Positions 1 to 10,849 of a stretch of DNA of 64,000 nt are shown in pieces; the first letter of the stretch is position 1, and each line of letters begins with the position of its first letter. The stretch comes from Lobosporangium transversale (taxonomy: Eukaryota), in NCBI RefSeq assembly GCF_002105155.1, contig NW_019028995.1, positions 558,001-622,000 on the forward strand, written 5' to 3'. A model generated the notes under the pieces. That model saw only the letters and a list, made by a program, of their open reading frames with translations. It did no database searches and had not been told where the DNA came from. Both the position numbers and the translations under genes were made by a program.

Positions 1-3000
1 CCGCAGAGTCGTCCATGCAAAGATGAAAAACGAAACCATCATTGATGTAGGAAGGTCCCTGGCACTCGAGATAAAGGATCTTTTCACAACGGACAACCTG
101 ACTATACATGTTGATGGGGAACCTTGTACTGAGAAAGAAAAAGCAAGGACAGAACGGCAAGCCATAAGACAAAAAAATATGGACGCTTTGGAGAACAATA
201 TGAGCACCTTCGAGAGAAATTCTCGGAGTGGGGTATGGACTCGTCCTCAAGTCATGAGGCGCATCCAGAAGGGTCTTCGAGAAGTCCACACCCTGAGCGT
301 CCAGGACAAGGATCAGCTGGCAACAGGCCTTAGTTCTGTCTTCGATGTCTGTCTGTGTGCATATGAAGCGGACCCATGCATAGGGTGCCATGATGAGGAG
401 AATGATAGGATCGTGATATCCCAAGACTCTGATTTTTTTGCGTACGAACGAGTCTGCTTCCTAGTGCGACCCCTTCCACACCGTAGACGGAAGTTTGGGG
501 TTTACGACGTAGACAACGTTATCCAAGCACTAAGACTGCCAACACACGCGCATCTGGTGTTATTCTGTGCCATCGCAGGCAATGACTACTCAAGGAACCT
601 CGAGACGTTAGGCCCGGTTAATAATCTTCGATTAGTTCGAAAGGTTGCGTGGAACAAGACCTACAATAAAATACTTCAAGATTACCTCGGGGAAGCTAAT
701 AAGGTGTTGGGAAGGAACGTAGCCTCTGAGGAAGGCCGTTTCAGTGTAGCTCTCCGCATTTTTACTTCCGGCCATCAAACGTCGGCCCAAGCGTTACCAT
801 CGAACAATGAGTTCGATAACTTCAAGCAGCGTCTACTCAATGGAAAGGATCTTCGCCATAGAATGGCTCAGCAAAGGCGAGCGCAGCGCCGCAGAACGTA
901 AGAAAGCTCAAGCTATAGTTTTGGCCTTGAAACCATACGTCCCCAATACTAATCGTTAGTCCCTTTCTTGGATAATGTAGAGACACACCATCATTCTATA
1001 TAGCGAAAGGGTCACATAGGAACCAGTTCCGGCCCATCTTTTCTGACAAGGCGAGCATATTGAATGGGCGCACAGTTGATATCAGTAACTGCCGTCAGCA
1101 CGATAGGCCGGGCCTTAAGCATCCACCACGTCGGAAAAAGGCAAAAAAGAAGCAACAGAAAAAACAAAAGCGGAAGCATAAAGGCAAGAAGCCTCACAGG
1201 GCTAAAAAAGAAGGTGCACCAATTAGGAACTTGAAGGATGCTACGAAGGATGATCACAGCTACAGCAGTAAGTACCCTATCAAGGCCTTAACAATTGGGT
1301 CCCTTAAGGCCTCCATGGCAAGGAAAGGCGAACTGGACGCAGATGAAAGGGATAGTATTGTAAGCCAGACCCGAGGGGCAGTTGTTGTCCTCAACCGACT
1401 ACGCCGCTATGCATACTGGGCGATTGCCTTGGACATTGAGAGGATTATGCGGTTACCAGGGGCAGCAAGGTCGAGGAAAAAGGCACTGGACGAGGCCTTG
1501 GATAGCAATGACTACTCCTTCCGTCTCGCCACCCTTCTTTTAAGTGGTCAAGGTGGCCCCAATTCAGCTTACGCGAGGACAAAAAAACAAGGAAAGGCGT
1601 AGAAACGCCCCATTACCTCCTCGCTTATGAACATTTCAAGGCCATCACTGAACTTTCCCCAATAAAGGAAATAGACATCACATTGGGGGACGTGCAAGGC
1701 TTTGATCCCAAAAAGATCTCATTTCCAAGAGCGTCAGAGCTACTAATGGGCCAAGTACAGATATCATTAAGGCAGCACTACAGGAACGCAATGGTATAGC
1801 TTGTGTAGGGTATTTTCATGTATATTCTGCAATCAAATGCTCTTTATTCAGACTCTTTTTTTTTTTTTTTTTTTTTTTTCTAGTTTAATGTCGAGAAAAC
1901 AAACGAAGATATGAGCGACATTGAGTTTTTTTTGCGGGAGAACAAAAAAGTGAAAAAATACTCAGACTTTCCTACGTCCTCCTGGTCACCCAGGTATGTG
2001 TATCTGTCTGAACACGCCCTAGTTGACGTCCTCTGGGCGAACGAAGATACCAAGCAGCTGCTGGAGCGTATTCTGCCTCTCGACAATCCTTCCAAGACTG
2101 CAATGTTTGAGTGTACAGGGAGCAAAAGGGGTTTTGATTCAGGCTCTCTTTTGTGACATTGGAGGCGATCGCATGATTCTTGGATATCGAGACAAAGTAT
2201 CCCTGCAGTCACAGGACAAAGATCTAACTCGGTTCAAACTCAAAGGAACGATTTCTACCAACGGTCTAGTTCTGAATCTACTTGCCTATGACACAACCCA
2301 GACGAAGAAACAGCAGCAGTCTGACGTAGATGAAGAAGACCCCAGCCAAGAACTGGAGCTTTCTCAGGGATTTCTCAGCACGACGTGTTCAAAGGCAGCC
2401 GGTGAAGACCTGACAGATGAAAACTTAGCAAACATAAACTGGAAGAGGAGCTCCAAACTGCTTGAAAACGTTGAGCTCACATTCAACAACCAGGGCGGTG
2501 CCCATCCGCAAACACCACAACTATCGTCGGATGCGATCCTGGTATTGTTAACGCCTTTACGTTTTCCTCCCTGTATCCTCACAACCCTAACTTGCGGCAA
2601 ACGGTAAGGTGAGAAGCAGGTTCTTGTACCTCCCCGTCCTCCGCTTCAATCACCTATTGAACAAAAGGAAGCGTGAAAAAGGAATGATTGAGGTTGAGAG
2701 CGCCATCCCTGTGTTTGGAAGGGATACGTACAATGAGTACTTTCAATGGATGAACGAGGAGTCCCAGACACAGATAGGATCAAAGAATTTGGATGTGCTT
2801 CAAGAGTTCTACGAGTCCAGATGGCACCTGAAAAAAATGGGACCTACGAAAGGCTCAACGAGCTACGTTCGACTACGTGGTACAGCGAGTGTTGAAGATG
2901 CTCGGGGAAAAAGGAGTACTTGTCGTCGGCCTAGGGTCCTTTGAAAGTAGTAAAGGAGTTCCCAGCAAGCACACTGCTATAACGAGACATCTTGTCACAC

Positions 3001-3356
3001 AGGTATGGCTTTTTTTAAAAAAGTAAGAAAAGCTGGAAAGCCATAGAACCTTTGCTAATAAACGACTGACCATTTGAAACGCTTAGGTCAAAGCACGAGG
3101 ACACTTCGCTGTAGGAGTGCACGAATTTTACACCAGCGCCCGCTGTCCCCGACCCCTCTGTGATAGCTTTTTAGAGACGGTGTATCCTCGCTCTAAATAT
3201 TGCCGGACATGTAAGGTATTCTTCGACCGTGACGCAGTAGGGGCGGAAAACATCGCAAAAATCGGTCTTGCTCAAATTGAGAGGCAAGAGAGGCCTGCAA
3301 AGTACAAGCCCACGGAAGAGTCGCCTGCTCCGGCTGCAAAGCGCGCACGACGCTAG
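1..3356 (+). CDS. XPG/EXO1-like PIN nuclease fused to a Fanzor (TnpB-like RuvC + zinc finger) nuclease; 5'-truncated by the window and frameshifted as assembled (pseudogene or assembly error)
   Basis: Exons <1-897, 981-1793, 1884-3002, 3087-3356 with GT-AG introns that keep frame. PIN motifs: HVDG (D 113-115), K-x6-R arch, YEAD (365-373), QDSD (425-433), AGNDY (578-589). Fanzor motifs: GTISTNG, IVGCDPG (RuvC-I D 2535-2537), VGVHEFYTS (RuvC-II E 3123-3125), CPRPLC...CRTC zinc finger, FDRDAVGAENI (RuvC-III D 3231-3233). Five frameshifts are needed; there are no in-frame stops. Confidence 0.85.
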
Positions 3357-3480
3357 ACACAAGTATTTGGGTGCCGGCACACCCACAAAAAATTTGTAAG
3401 TTCTGTTTATTTTCGTCTCCTGTATCCTCTCTAATCTTTTGCCCCTGAATTTCTGGACTAACTTTAAAAACCGTACAGAT
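1..3480 (+). mobile_element. Putative Fanzor-carrying mobile element, right-hand part; boundaries not defined
   Basis: Fanzor/TnpB genes are typically transposon-associated (established knowledge). No transposase, confirmed terminal repeat or target-site duplication is visible in the window. Confidence 0.45.
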
Positions 3481-3500
3481 CAACAGATACAGAATACATG
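3357..3500 (+). ncRNA. Candidate omegaRNA scaffold/guide region downstream of the Fanzor ORF
   Basis: Lies immediately 3' of the RuvC ORF. Contains hairpin TGGGTG-CCGGCA-CACCCA (3368-3385) overlapping the palindrome GTGCCGGCAC. Positional inference only. Confidence 0.3.
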
Positions 3501-3573
3501 TGTCGTCTACGTGTCGTGAGATTTTTTTTTTTTTTTTTTTTTTTCCTTTCTTCTCTACAAAACCATCACCATC

Positions 3574-4992
3574 ATGAACTATACGACAGCTGATCTCGAC
3601 AATTACTTGGAGTTCGCCATTCACCTTGCCAAGTTGGCAGGCCCTGTCATCCTTGAAGGATTCAATTCGCGTTTCACGCCAGAGCGCACCGAGCATCTTG
3701 TCAAGGTGGGCAACACAGCGGACCTGGTCACACTGTGGGACCAAAGGGTCGAGAAATTGGTCCGCGCTGAAATTACAGAAAAGATGAAGACTCACTCGTA
3801 AGCCGTCTCCTTTTGCTTAACAACTTAAAGGATAATACAGCCTAGAAAGGAATGTTTTCAAAATCAAAAGCTTTACAACTTGGTAATCTCAAATCGAACG
3901 CCTTTTTTTATATAATTAAAACTACAGATTTATTGGTGAGGAAACTGTTGCTGCAGGCGAGAATTGCAGCTTGACCGATGCTCCTACTTGGATCGTTGAT
4001 CCTATTGATGGTACCACTAATTTTGTACATGGGTAAGGAACAAAAAAAAAAAAGCTCACTTGAACATATCATACATTTAGGCTATTTATGAGTTTTACGC
4101 TCGTTTTTAGAACTTACAGAACATTTTCTTCTTTTTTCGTGGTTGGCTGTGTCCTTTCAGATTCCCTTTTGTCGCAATCTCGATCGGCTTGGCCATCAAC
4201 AAGGAGCCAGTTGTAGGAGTTATTTATAATCCTATTTTGAATCAAGTAAAGTAACGTTTTTTTTTTTTTTTTTTGTATTTTCGTAATCATAACATGTCCA
4301 ATGTCTTACTTTTGCCCTTCTTACTTTTTTATAGTTGTTCACAGCTGCAAAGGGTCAAGGAGCGTATCTTTCCAAGATTGATGAGAACCCCCGTACACAA
4401 GGTCGACGCCTACCTCTGTCGTACCCTTACCCTCCGCCACCACTCCCTTCACTTTCCGTGGCTTTGATCGCAGGTGAATACGGATCAGAGCGCAAAACTG
4501 AAATCATTGATTCAAAGGTCAAATCTTTGCGTAATCTCTCTGCAAAAGATCCTTCGGATCTGGCGCCTGGTCGCGCAGTGGGACATGCTCACGGTATTCG
4601 CTGTCTAGGCAGTGCAGCTATGGACATGATGACTATTGCCCAAGGACAGATGGACGTGTACTGGGAGATTGGATGCTGGGAGTGGTAAGTCATAAAAAAT
4701 AAAAATAAAAATAAAAATAAAAAAAAGAACGCTGACTCATTACTTAATTCAACTTATTAGGGACGTATGTGCTGGAATCATTATTGTTCGCGAGGCTGGT
4801 GGTATCGTGGTAGATGGGTGCGGTCGGGAGGTATCTGATGGCCAGCTTTTGACGGGTCGTCGATTCTTAGTTGTCCGCGGATGCTGTGGTGAAGATGGCG
4901 ACACCTCTCCTGAGGCTTCATACAAAGCTCAACAGAAAATTATACAAGAAGTTTGGTCCATTGTTGAAGACCTTGAGTTACCTCGCAAGTAA
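3574..4992 (+). CDS. INM1: Inositol monophosphatase (multi-exon)
   Basis: DLVTxx[30 protein letters not shown] and WEWDVCAG motifs across GT-AG introns (first intron 3798-3927). The symbol is family-level. Confidence 0.93.
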
Positions 4993-5796
4993 AACTTAAA
5001 TCTTTTACATGCAACATTATCAAAAAAGTATTTAGAGCGGTTCAAATCTTTTATTTCATTATTTCAAAGCATATAAAAGCTACAGAAAAAAAAAAGAAAA
5101 AAAAAGGTTGATGTCGATGATGATGGATCCAATCAGTTTAGTCAAAGTTATGACCATTACGAACGTCGCGGAAGAGACTAAAGCCTCGACGGGGACGCCG
5201 TTGAGATAAGAGGTACCAGAAATAGTAAAGAGAAAGCATCATCTTGGATCCATTATACCATCATGCCCATCATTCATTTGCCTTTTTTTTTTTTTTTTTT
5301 TTTTTCATCCTTTTGGGGAAAACATACATGCAACAACCAATAGTTTAAAAATCACCACAAAAAAAAAAAAAAAAAAAAAAACTCGGGATACAGCCCAATG
5401 TACTTTATTTCCTATTTACGAAAACTGATCGACAAAAAAAAAAAAAAAAAAAATGAAATTAGTTTGATTAATCAAAAAGTAGATCGCTCATTGCAAGATC
5501 ATTCAAGAATCGTTTTTTCGTAAGAGTAAGTCAGGGTTAAAAAGCTCTGTCAAAAATGCTCCACATGGTCTTTCAGGTGAAGAAATTCGTTGTTTATATA
5601 ACATCATTCATACTCGTAACGGATAAAAAAGAATACAAAGGGGATTAGGAGGGGAAAGAGGGGGAAAAAAACTTACCATAAGGGCTAGGATGTTGAGTGG
5701 AAAGGAATAAAAAAAAGAAAATAAACACCAAGCTTTCTTTTATCTTTCTAAAATGTGGCTTATTTATTGTGCCACCCACATAAGGGGCATTTAATA

Positions 5797-7464
5797 TTAC
5801 TCCATTACAGAATCTGAGGACTCTGCCAATCTTTCCCCCTTCAGCTGTTCCTGCCGTTGTTGCAATCGTTGGTGCTCCAGGATAAACATTCGATGTTTAT
5901 ATTCTTCAAGAGCTCTAGAGTCCTTAGGAGGTGATATGGTTGATACTCCGGTCACTTGGTGATTGAATGTTGCTTCCATCGGAAAAGGTGGAAGGATCGC
6001 GTGTGCTGGCAGCTGCTGTATATTCTCGTGCGGAAAGTGAGCTTTCTGACATGATTTATTGAGGGATTGGGCGTCTTCCGGCCGCTGCAACTGCTGTAGC
6101 TGCTGGCACTGCTCCTCCTGTGATACTGCAAAGCGGTTAATAGCCGTATGCCCCGGACCTCCCATGATGCATTCTTGCACGTCAGGAGTTGGTGTTGAAA
6201 ACGAATCATGGCACTCCATCTGTTGTGTTTTCAGATTAAGCATCGATGTATTTATAGCACTCCGATCTGGTGAAGGCAGTGGCTGAGCTGGATTCAGCGA
6301 TGGTAAAGACTGCAACAACGTTGGTAGCCCAAAAGAAGATACCCACGCTAGCGACGTATGCGATTGTTGAACGTAATGTTGCTGTTGATACAGCTCTTGT
6401 ATCTGCTGTTCAGTAGAAGGTCCACACCTAGACTGGAAAGGATGACTGGGCAATGGCACGGGAGGGGATATTGGCGGAAGTAGATCGAGATGTGACTGCT
6501 GCTGTCGCTTTCGATTTTGTTGTGAATGTGCAATAGCTTGGTGCGCTTGCGACCGTATATCATCACCAATAGGAAATAATGTGGGGTAAGGCCCTTCAGA
6601 ATGCCTGCGCAACGTCGATGGCGCCCCGTTTTCTTCAAACCTTGTCAAAACCTCTCGTGTGTTTTGTTGCCACATAAGCGAATCCAGACTATGAGCACGT
6701 ATCAGCGAGGGTGCTTCATGCACTTGGCTGACCAAGACCATATCCATGGCAGAAGGAGCTGGAATTGAGGCAGCTGATGGAGATTGTTCTGGGCTTGGAA
6801 GGTGACCACACTCCGTAGCAGATGTGTTGATAGTGTGTCTTACAAGGGTTATGGATGGCATTGTTGCAGTACAGATACACGTTTGAGGTCGTGTTGGATT
6901 ATTGTTACTCTGCGCTGTCGATACTAACGGTGATGGTGATTGAGATGAAGGGGAAGTAGCTGAGGCGTCTGATAGCCTGTAAGCTGTGGAAGGCATGGTA
7001 ATGATTGCCTTTGAGTCATCTAAAGATAGCGTTGATGTTTGCGGTGGGGTGATGGCTGTAGCTTGCAATGGTGCAGATGATGAGGCGCCAGGGCCATTGT
7101 TAGATGTCGATGCGTCGAGCGGGTGTAATGACTGCGACAATGGGAGCTCTAAACCCTTCAGATGTACGGCGGCGTCTTCAGGACAATCCAATGGGCCTAA
7201 GGCTGCTGCCCGTTGCCATTGTTGTTGATACTGAGAACCCTGCTGCTGCTGCTGTTGCTGCTGTTGCTGCTGTTGTGGGTTGCCAACCATAGGATTCCAT
7301 AGCGATGACGCGTAGCTAACCTGCGGGGTTGAGTCTTGTTGCAATAAGACGGTATCCGCAAGGTTCTTCGGGACACTCCCTGGTTCTGAATAACGTCTAA
7401 TCATAGTTTGCTAATAAAAAAGACACGGCATTCATATGATGAAATTCAGTGAATGGATGCGAAA

Positions 7465-7497
<33 letters not shown>

Positions 7498-10400
7498 CTA
7501 GTAAGATGGGGGAAGACCTACGTTGTGTGAGAATATAGGCTGTGAAAGCCGAGGGCCTGGTCTCTGAGCATTAGCCCCTGGAATAGCCCTTGACCATGCA
7601 GCATGCTCTATTTGATGCTGAAGCTGCGCTAACATTCTTGGTGTTTGTATTTGTGGTAGTGGAAAAGAATCTGATAACAGAGGATGGTGGTGCAGTGGTT
7701 GTTGTTGCTGTTGCATCTGTTCTGAGGACCGTGCGCTACGCAAACTAGATGAGGCTCCTCGATCAGCCTTAGAGCTGTCTATCCTATTTCCAGTGGCCTC
7801 CCTAGGAGCAGCAGCGCCCATTTCTGATTGATAGATATGTAGATCTTGCCTTGAAAGGGATAATGAATACCTATCAGGGAATGCGAGCTCCAAGGACGTC
7901 GATGGCCCTTGTATTGTAGACGGAGTCACTAATATTTGTTGGTGATGATGAATTTCACTCATCATCTCAGCAGTGAGGCCGTCAGGCGGCATAGATTGAC
8001 CAGGAATGAGTAGATCGGGGCTGACATGTTGAACTGGATTACGCGTGTCGGCGTCAAGGGAAGTATACATTTGTTGATTTTGCTGCAGCGGATGAGCACT
8101 ATCATGCAGTTGGTTTAACTGGTGCTGTTCCTGGAACTGGTGTGGTTGATAAGAAGCTACCATGCTTCCTTGTGCTTGTAATACAGGTTGCTGTAGGCGT
8201 CCAAATGCAGGGCTTTGTGATTGAAAATAGATTTGGCCTTGAAATTGAGCCAACTTTTGACCTTCTGAGGCCATTAGTGCAACGTTAGTCTGAGAACTAT
8301 TGTGCACGCAAGAGGAATGTGCTGTACTAATCTGCAGATCCTTACTGAAGCACTCAATGAAATCGGGCGGGCAAGAGTTACGGCGAGCTGCAGATTGTGA
8401 TTGTTGCCCGTCCTCAACCCTATTTGCCTTCTCTTCTCCCACTGAAAAGGATGTAGCATGGTTTTGTACTAGACACATTTGCATATCACTGCTATCATTG
8501 TAATTGCCTGTGTTGCCGGTGCAGGGTCGTTCGGAGACAGGCACATCGAAAGACACTGGCAATGACTGTGCATGAATGTTATGTAAGTCTTGCGTTTTCG
8601 CCGCCCCGTGTCCCTGATTGCTGAATAAGGCTGCCTGCATGGTTTTGGCTTCAGCCAGGCTAAATTCTAGATTACTGTCCCACTGGTGCCGTGAATGTCT
8701 ACCGGCATTGTTAAACATCTGATTTATATAGCGCTCCTTCTGCTGGCCTCGCTGGTGCTGAAAGTCATCGTTTCCACTTAAAGAGTATGTTTGGGACGTA
8801 GATTGTTCCAAATCAAACTGAACACGCGCCCCTGGGTGGGATCTGCCCTTGGCTGTCTTCAGAGATGAACGCCTGCGTCCCTTGGCGTCAATTGGCGGTA
8901 CAACCTCGTCTGGGTTGGAAGCTGAGTTCATTGGCTCGGAAGCGGCCCCTCTACCGATACCTAGGATATCATATTCTTGCTGTTTGGTGCTTCCTGTTCG
9001 TTTCAAATACGGGTGGCTCCGAGAAGGGCCAGCTGAAGCCAAAGCAGCAGCCACCTCAAGTGCGCGTCTAGAGTTACTTTGATGCTCGCCTTGCAGTGAC
9101 TGTTGGAGCATATGGCTGTTGTTTGTGCAACTTTCCACTGAATTTGCATTGCTTTCGGGCCTCAAGGGCTGTATTAGCTGCTTGGAACTAGGAACCGTCT
9201 CCATTTTGGGAGGTAGCATCGATGAATCCCTGGTATTTGGCGACAAAGCTGGTATATAATCTATTTGGGGAGCAGCCATAGTGTGTGTAATGTCCCTAGT
9301 AAGACCAAATTGGGTAGTGGTTTGTTTCGAAGATGCCTCAGCAACAGTTGTACTAATAATGGCTTTGCCAGTACTACTCCTTCTTCGCCTGCGAATAGCT
9401 CCGGTCGTCCCCTGAAGTCCCACATCGTGTGGAGGTAGGCTGTGAATGTCTGCTGAGGGCATGACTTCCAGCCTTTCGGCGCTTTGGTTCGGGTGAAGTT
9501 CGTTTGTGGCATGAATAGAAATCTGACGTGGTAATGGATATGTTCGAGCACTCGCATATGAACACGACTGTGTCTGTTTTCGCTCAACGAGCATCTCACC
9601 CGGGCTACTAACTTTGTGGCCCTTGTTCGGCGTTAATTCCTCTGATGAGATAGAATGGAGGCTCATGCACTGCATCTCGGGATCGGCATGAAGCTGTGAG
9701 GACGTATCAAGGCGCGAGAGCTGAGGGCCTTGTGTTGGAAAAATAGAACAACACGCACTCATTTCATTCAAGTCGGATGCCTCATTGTCTTTGAGCGAAG
9801 CTGGCATAGACATGCGACGGATCAAGCCCGACATTGGTGGTCGCCGAGAATTTGAGCTGAAGGGTTGATTAGTTGGTGGAGCATGTGGTACTATGCTGTG
9901 ATGTGACCTATTATCTATAAATAGTGTCATGGCTGCATCAGATTGCCGCTCGAATATAAGCAAGGAAGCTTTGGCACATTATCGCCTCGTCTGTTTGGCA
10001 GTTACCTAGGTTCAGGGACAGAGCATCGTGTGAGTCCTCCACCTTGAGATGGATGGCAGCTGGCGTAATGCGACAGTCGTCCCTGCTATGTAACGGCAAG
10101 CTGTCTTGCATTACTGAAGCAGTTTCACGTTGTGGCTCGAGCACTGGTGGCAATGGAGGTTTCTTACCGAGCACTTGATCACATTGCGCGACTCGTTTCC
10201 ATGTTGATAGTGGGGTCCAGAGCCTTTCATCTTCCGAGCATCCAGCTTGATCTGAACCCCTAGTCAAAGTCAATTCTTTGCTCTGCTGAATGAATATAAG
10301 CGAAGGATTTGCAACAGCTGATAAGCTTGTCCGCACATGGCCGCTTACGGGAGTGTCGAGATTTTTGAATGATTCATCCTTTCTATGGATTGCGGTAGAG

Positions 10401-10849
10401 CTACCTTCTGTTGTCTCTTGGGCTTGATTGGATGAACTGAGTGGTGATTTTGGTGATGGCAGTTCATCCATCTGAATACTATTGGAACGATCTTGAGCAT
10501 TAGACACATTTTGTAAGATGATGCCCTTCTCAGTGCCATTCTTTTTCTTGAGGGTATTGCTATTAGCAATGGTGGCTGTAATGGTGCCGGCAATAACGTT
10601 GGCCTGCTTATTTTTTGCTCTCCTATTCTGGAACCAAACCTGGATCCCTCGTGGACTCATGGATAGTCTTTGAGCAAGATGTCGGCGGGTGCTAGCATCT
10701 GGTTTCGGATTTTCAATAAAAGCCTTTTCTAGAATCTTGAACTGGCTCTTAGAGGTCCGTCGCCGCCGCTTGACCTCATGTGGATTGTAGAAGGCAGTTC
10801 GAAGTTCACCATGTAGAGACTGATTTTCGATCTCCATAGACTTTGTCAT
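5797..10849 (-). CDS. Large homeodomain transcription factor (about 1,620 aa) with a Q/S-rich disordered tail
   Basis: N-terminal homeodomain YNPHEVKRRRRTS...IQVWFQNRRAK. The three long ORFs join in frame via introns 9915-10005 and 7411-7521. Confidence 0.88.

Noticed and set aside
23..901. Stand-alone host EXO1/FEN1 gene
   Set aside because: It is too divergent, the frame is open from the window edge, and the stop codon lies inside a canonical intron that splices in frame into the Fanzor part.
3353..3400. Helitron 3' end (hairpin plus CTAG)
   Set aside because: The CTAG (3353-3356) lies before the hairpin, not after it, and no RepHel sequence is visible.
3445..3475. CTGAATTTCTGGACTAACTTTAAAAACCG-TA as a Tc1/mariner-like right terminal repeat with a TA target site
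   Set aside because: No partner repeat or transposase was found in the window, and the same bases are well explained as an intron branch site and acceptor. It cannot be tested without the left end.
9915..10005. Apparent frameshift between the two overlapping homeobox ORFs
   Set aside because: Resolved by a normal 91-nt GT-AG intron.
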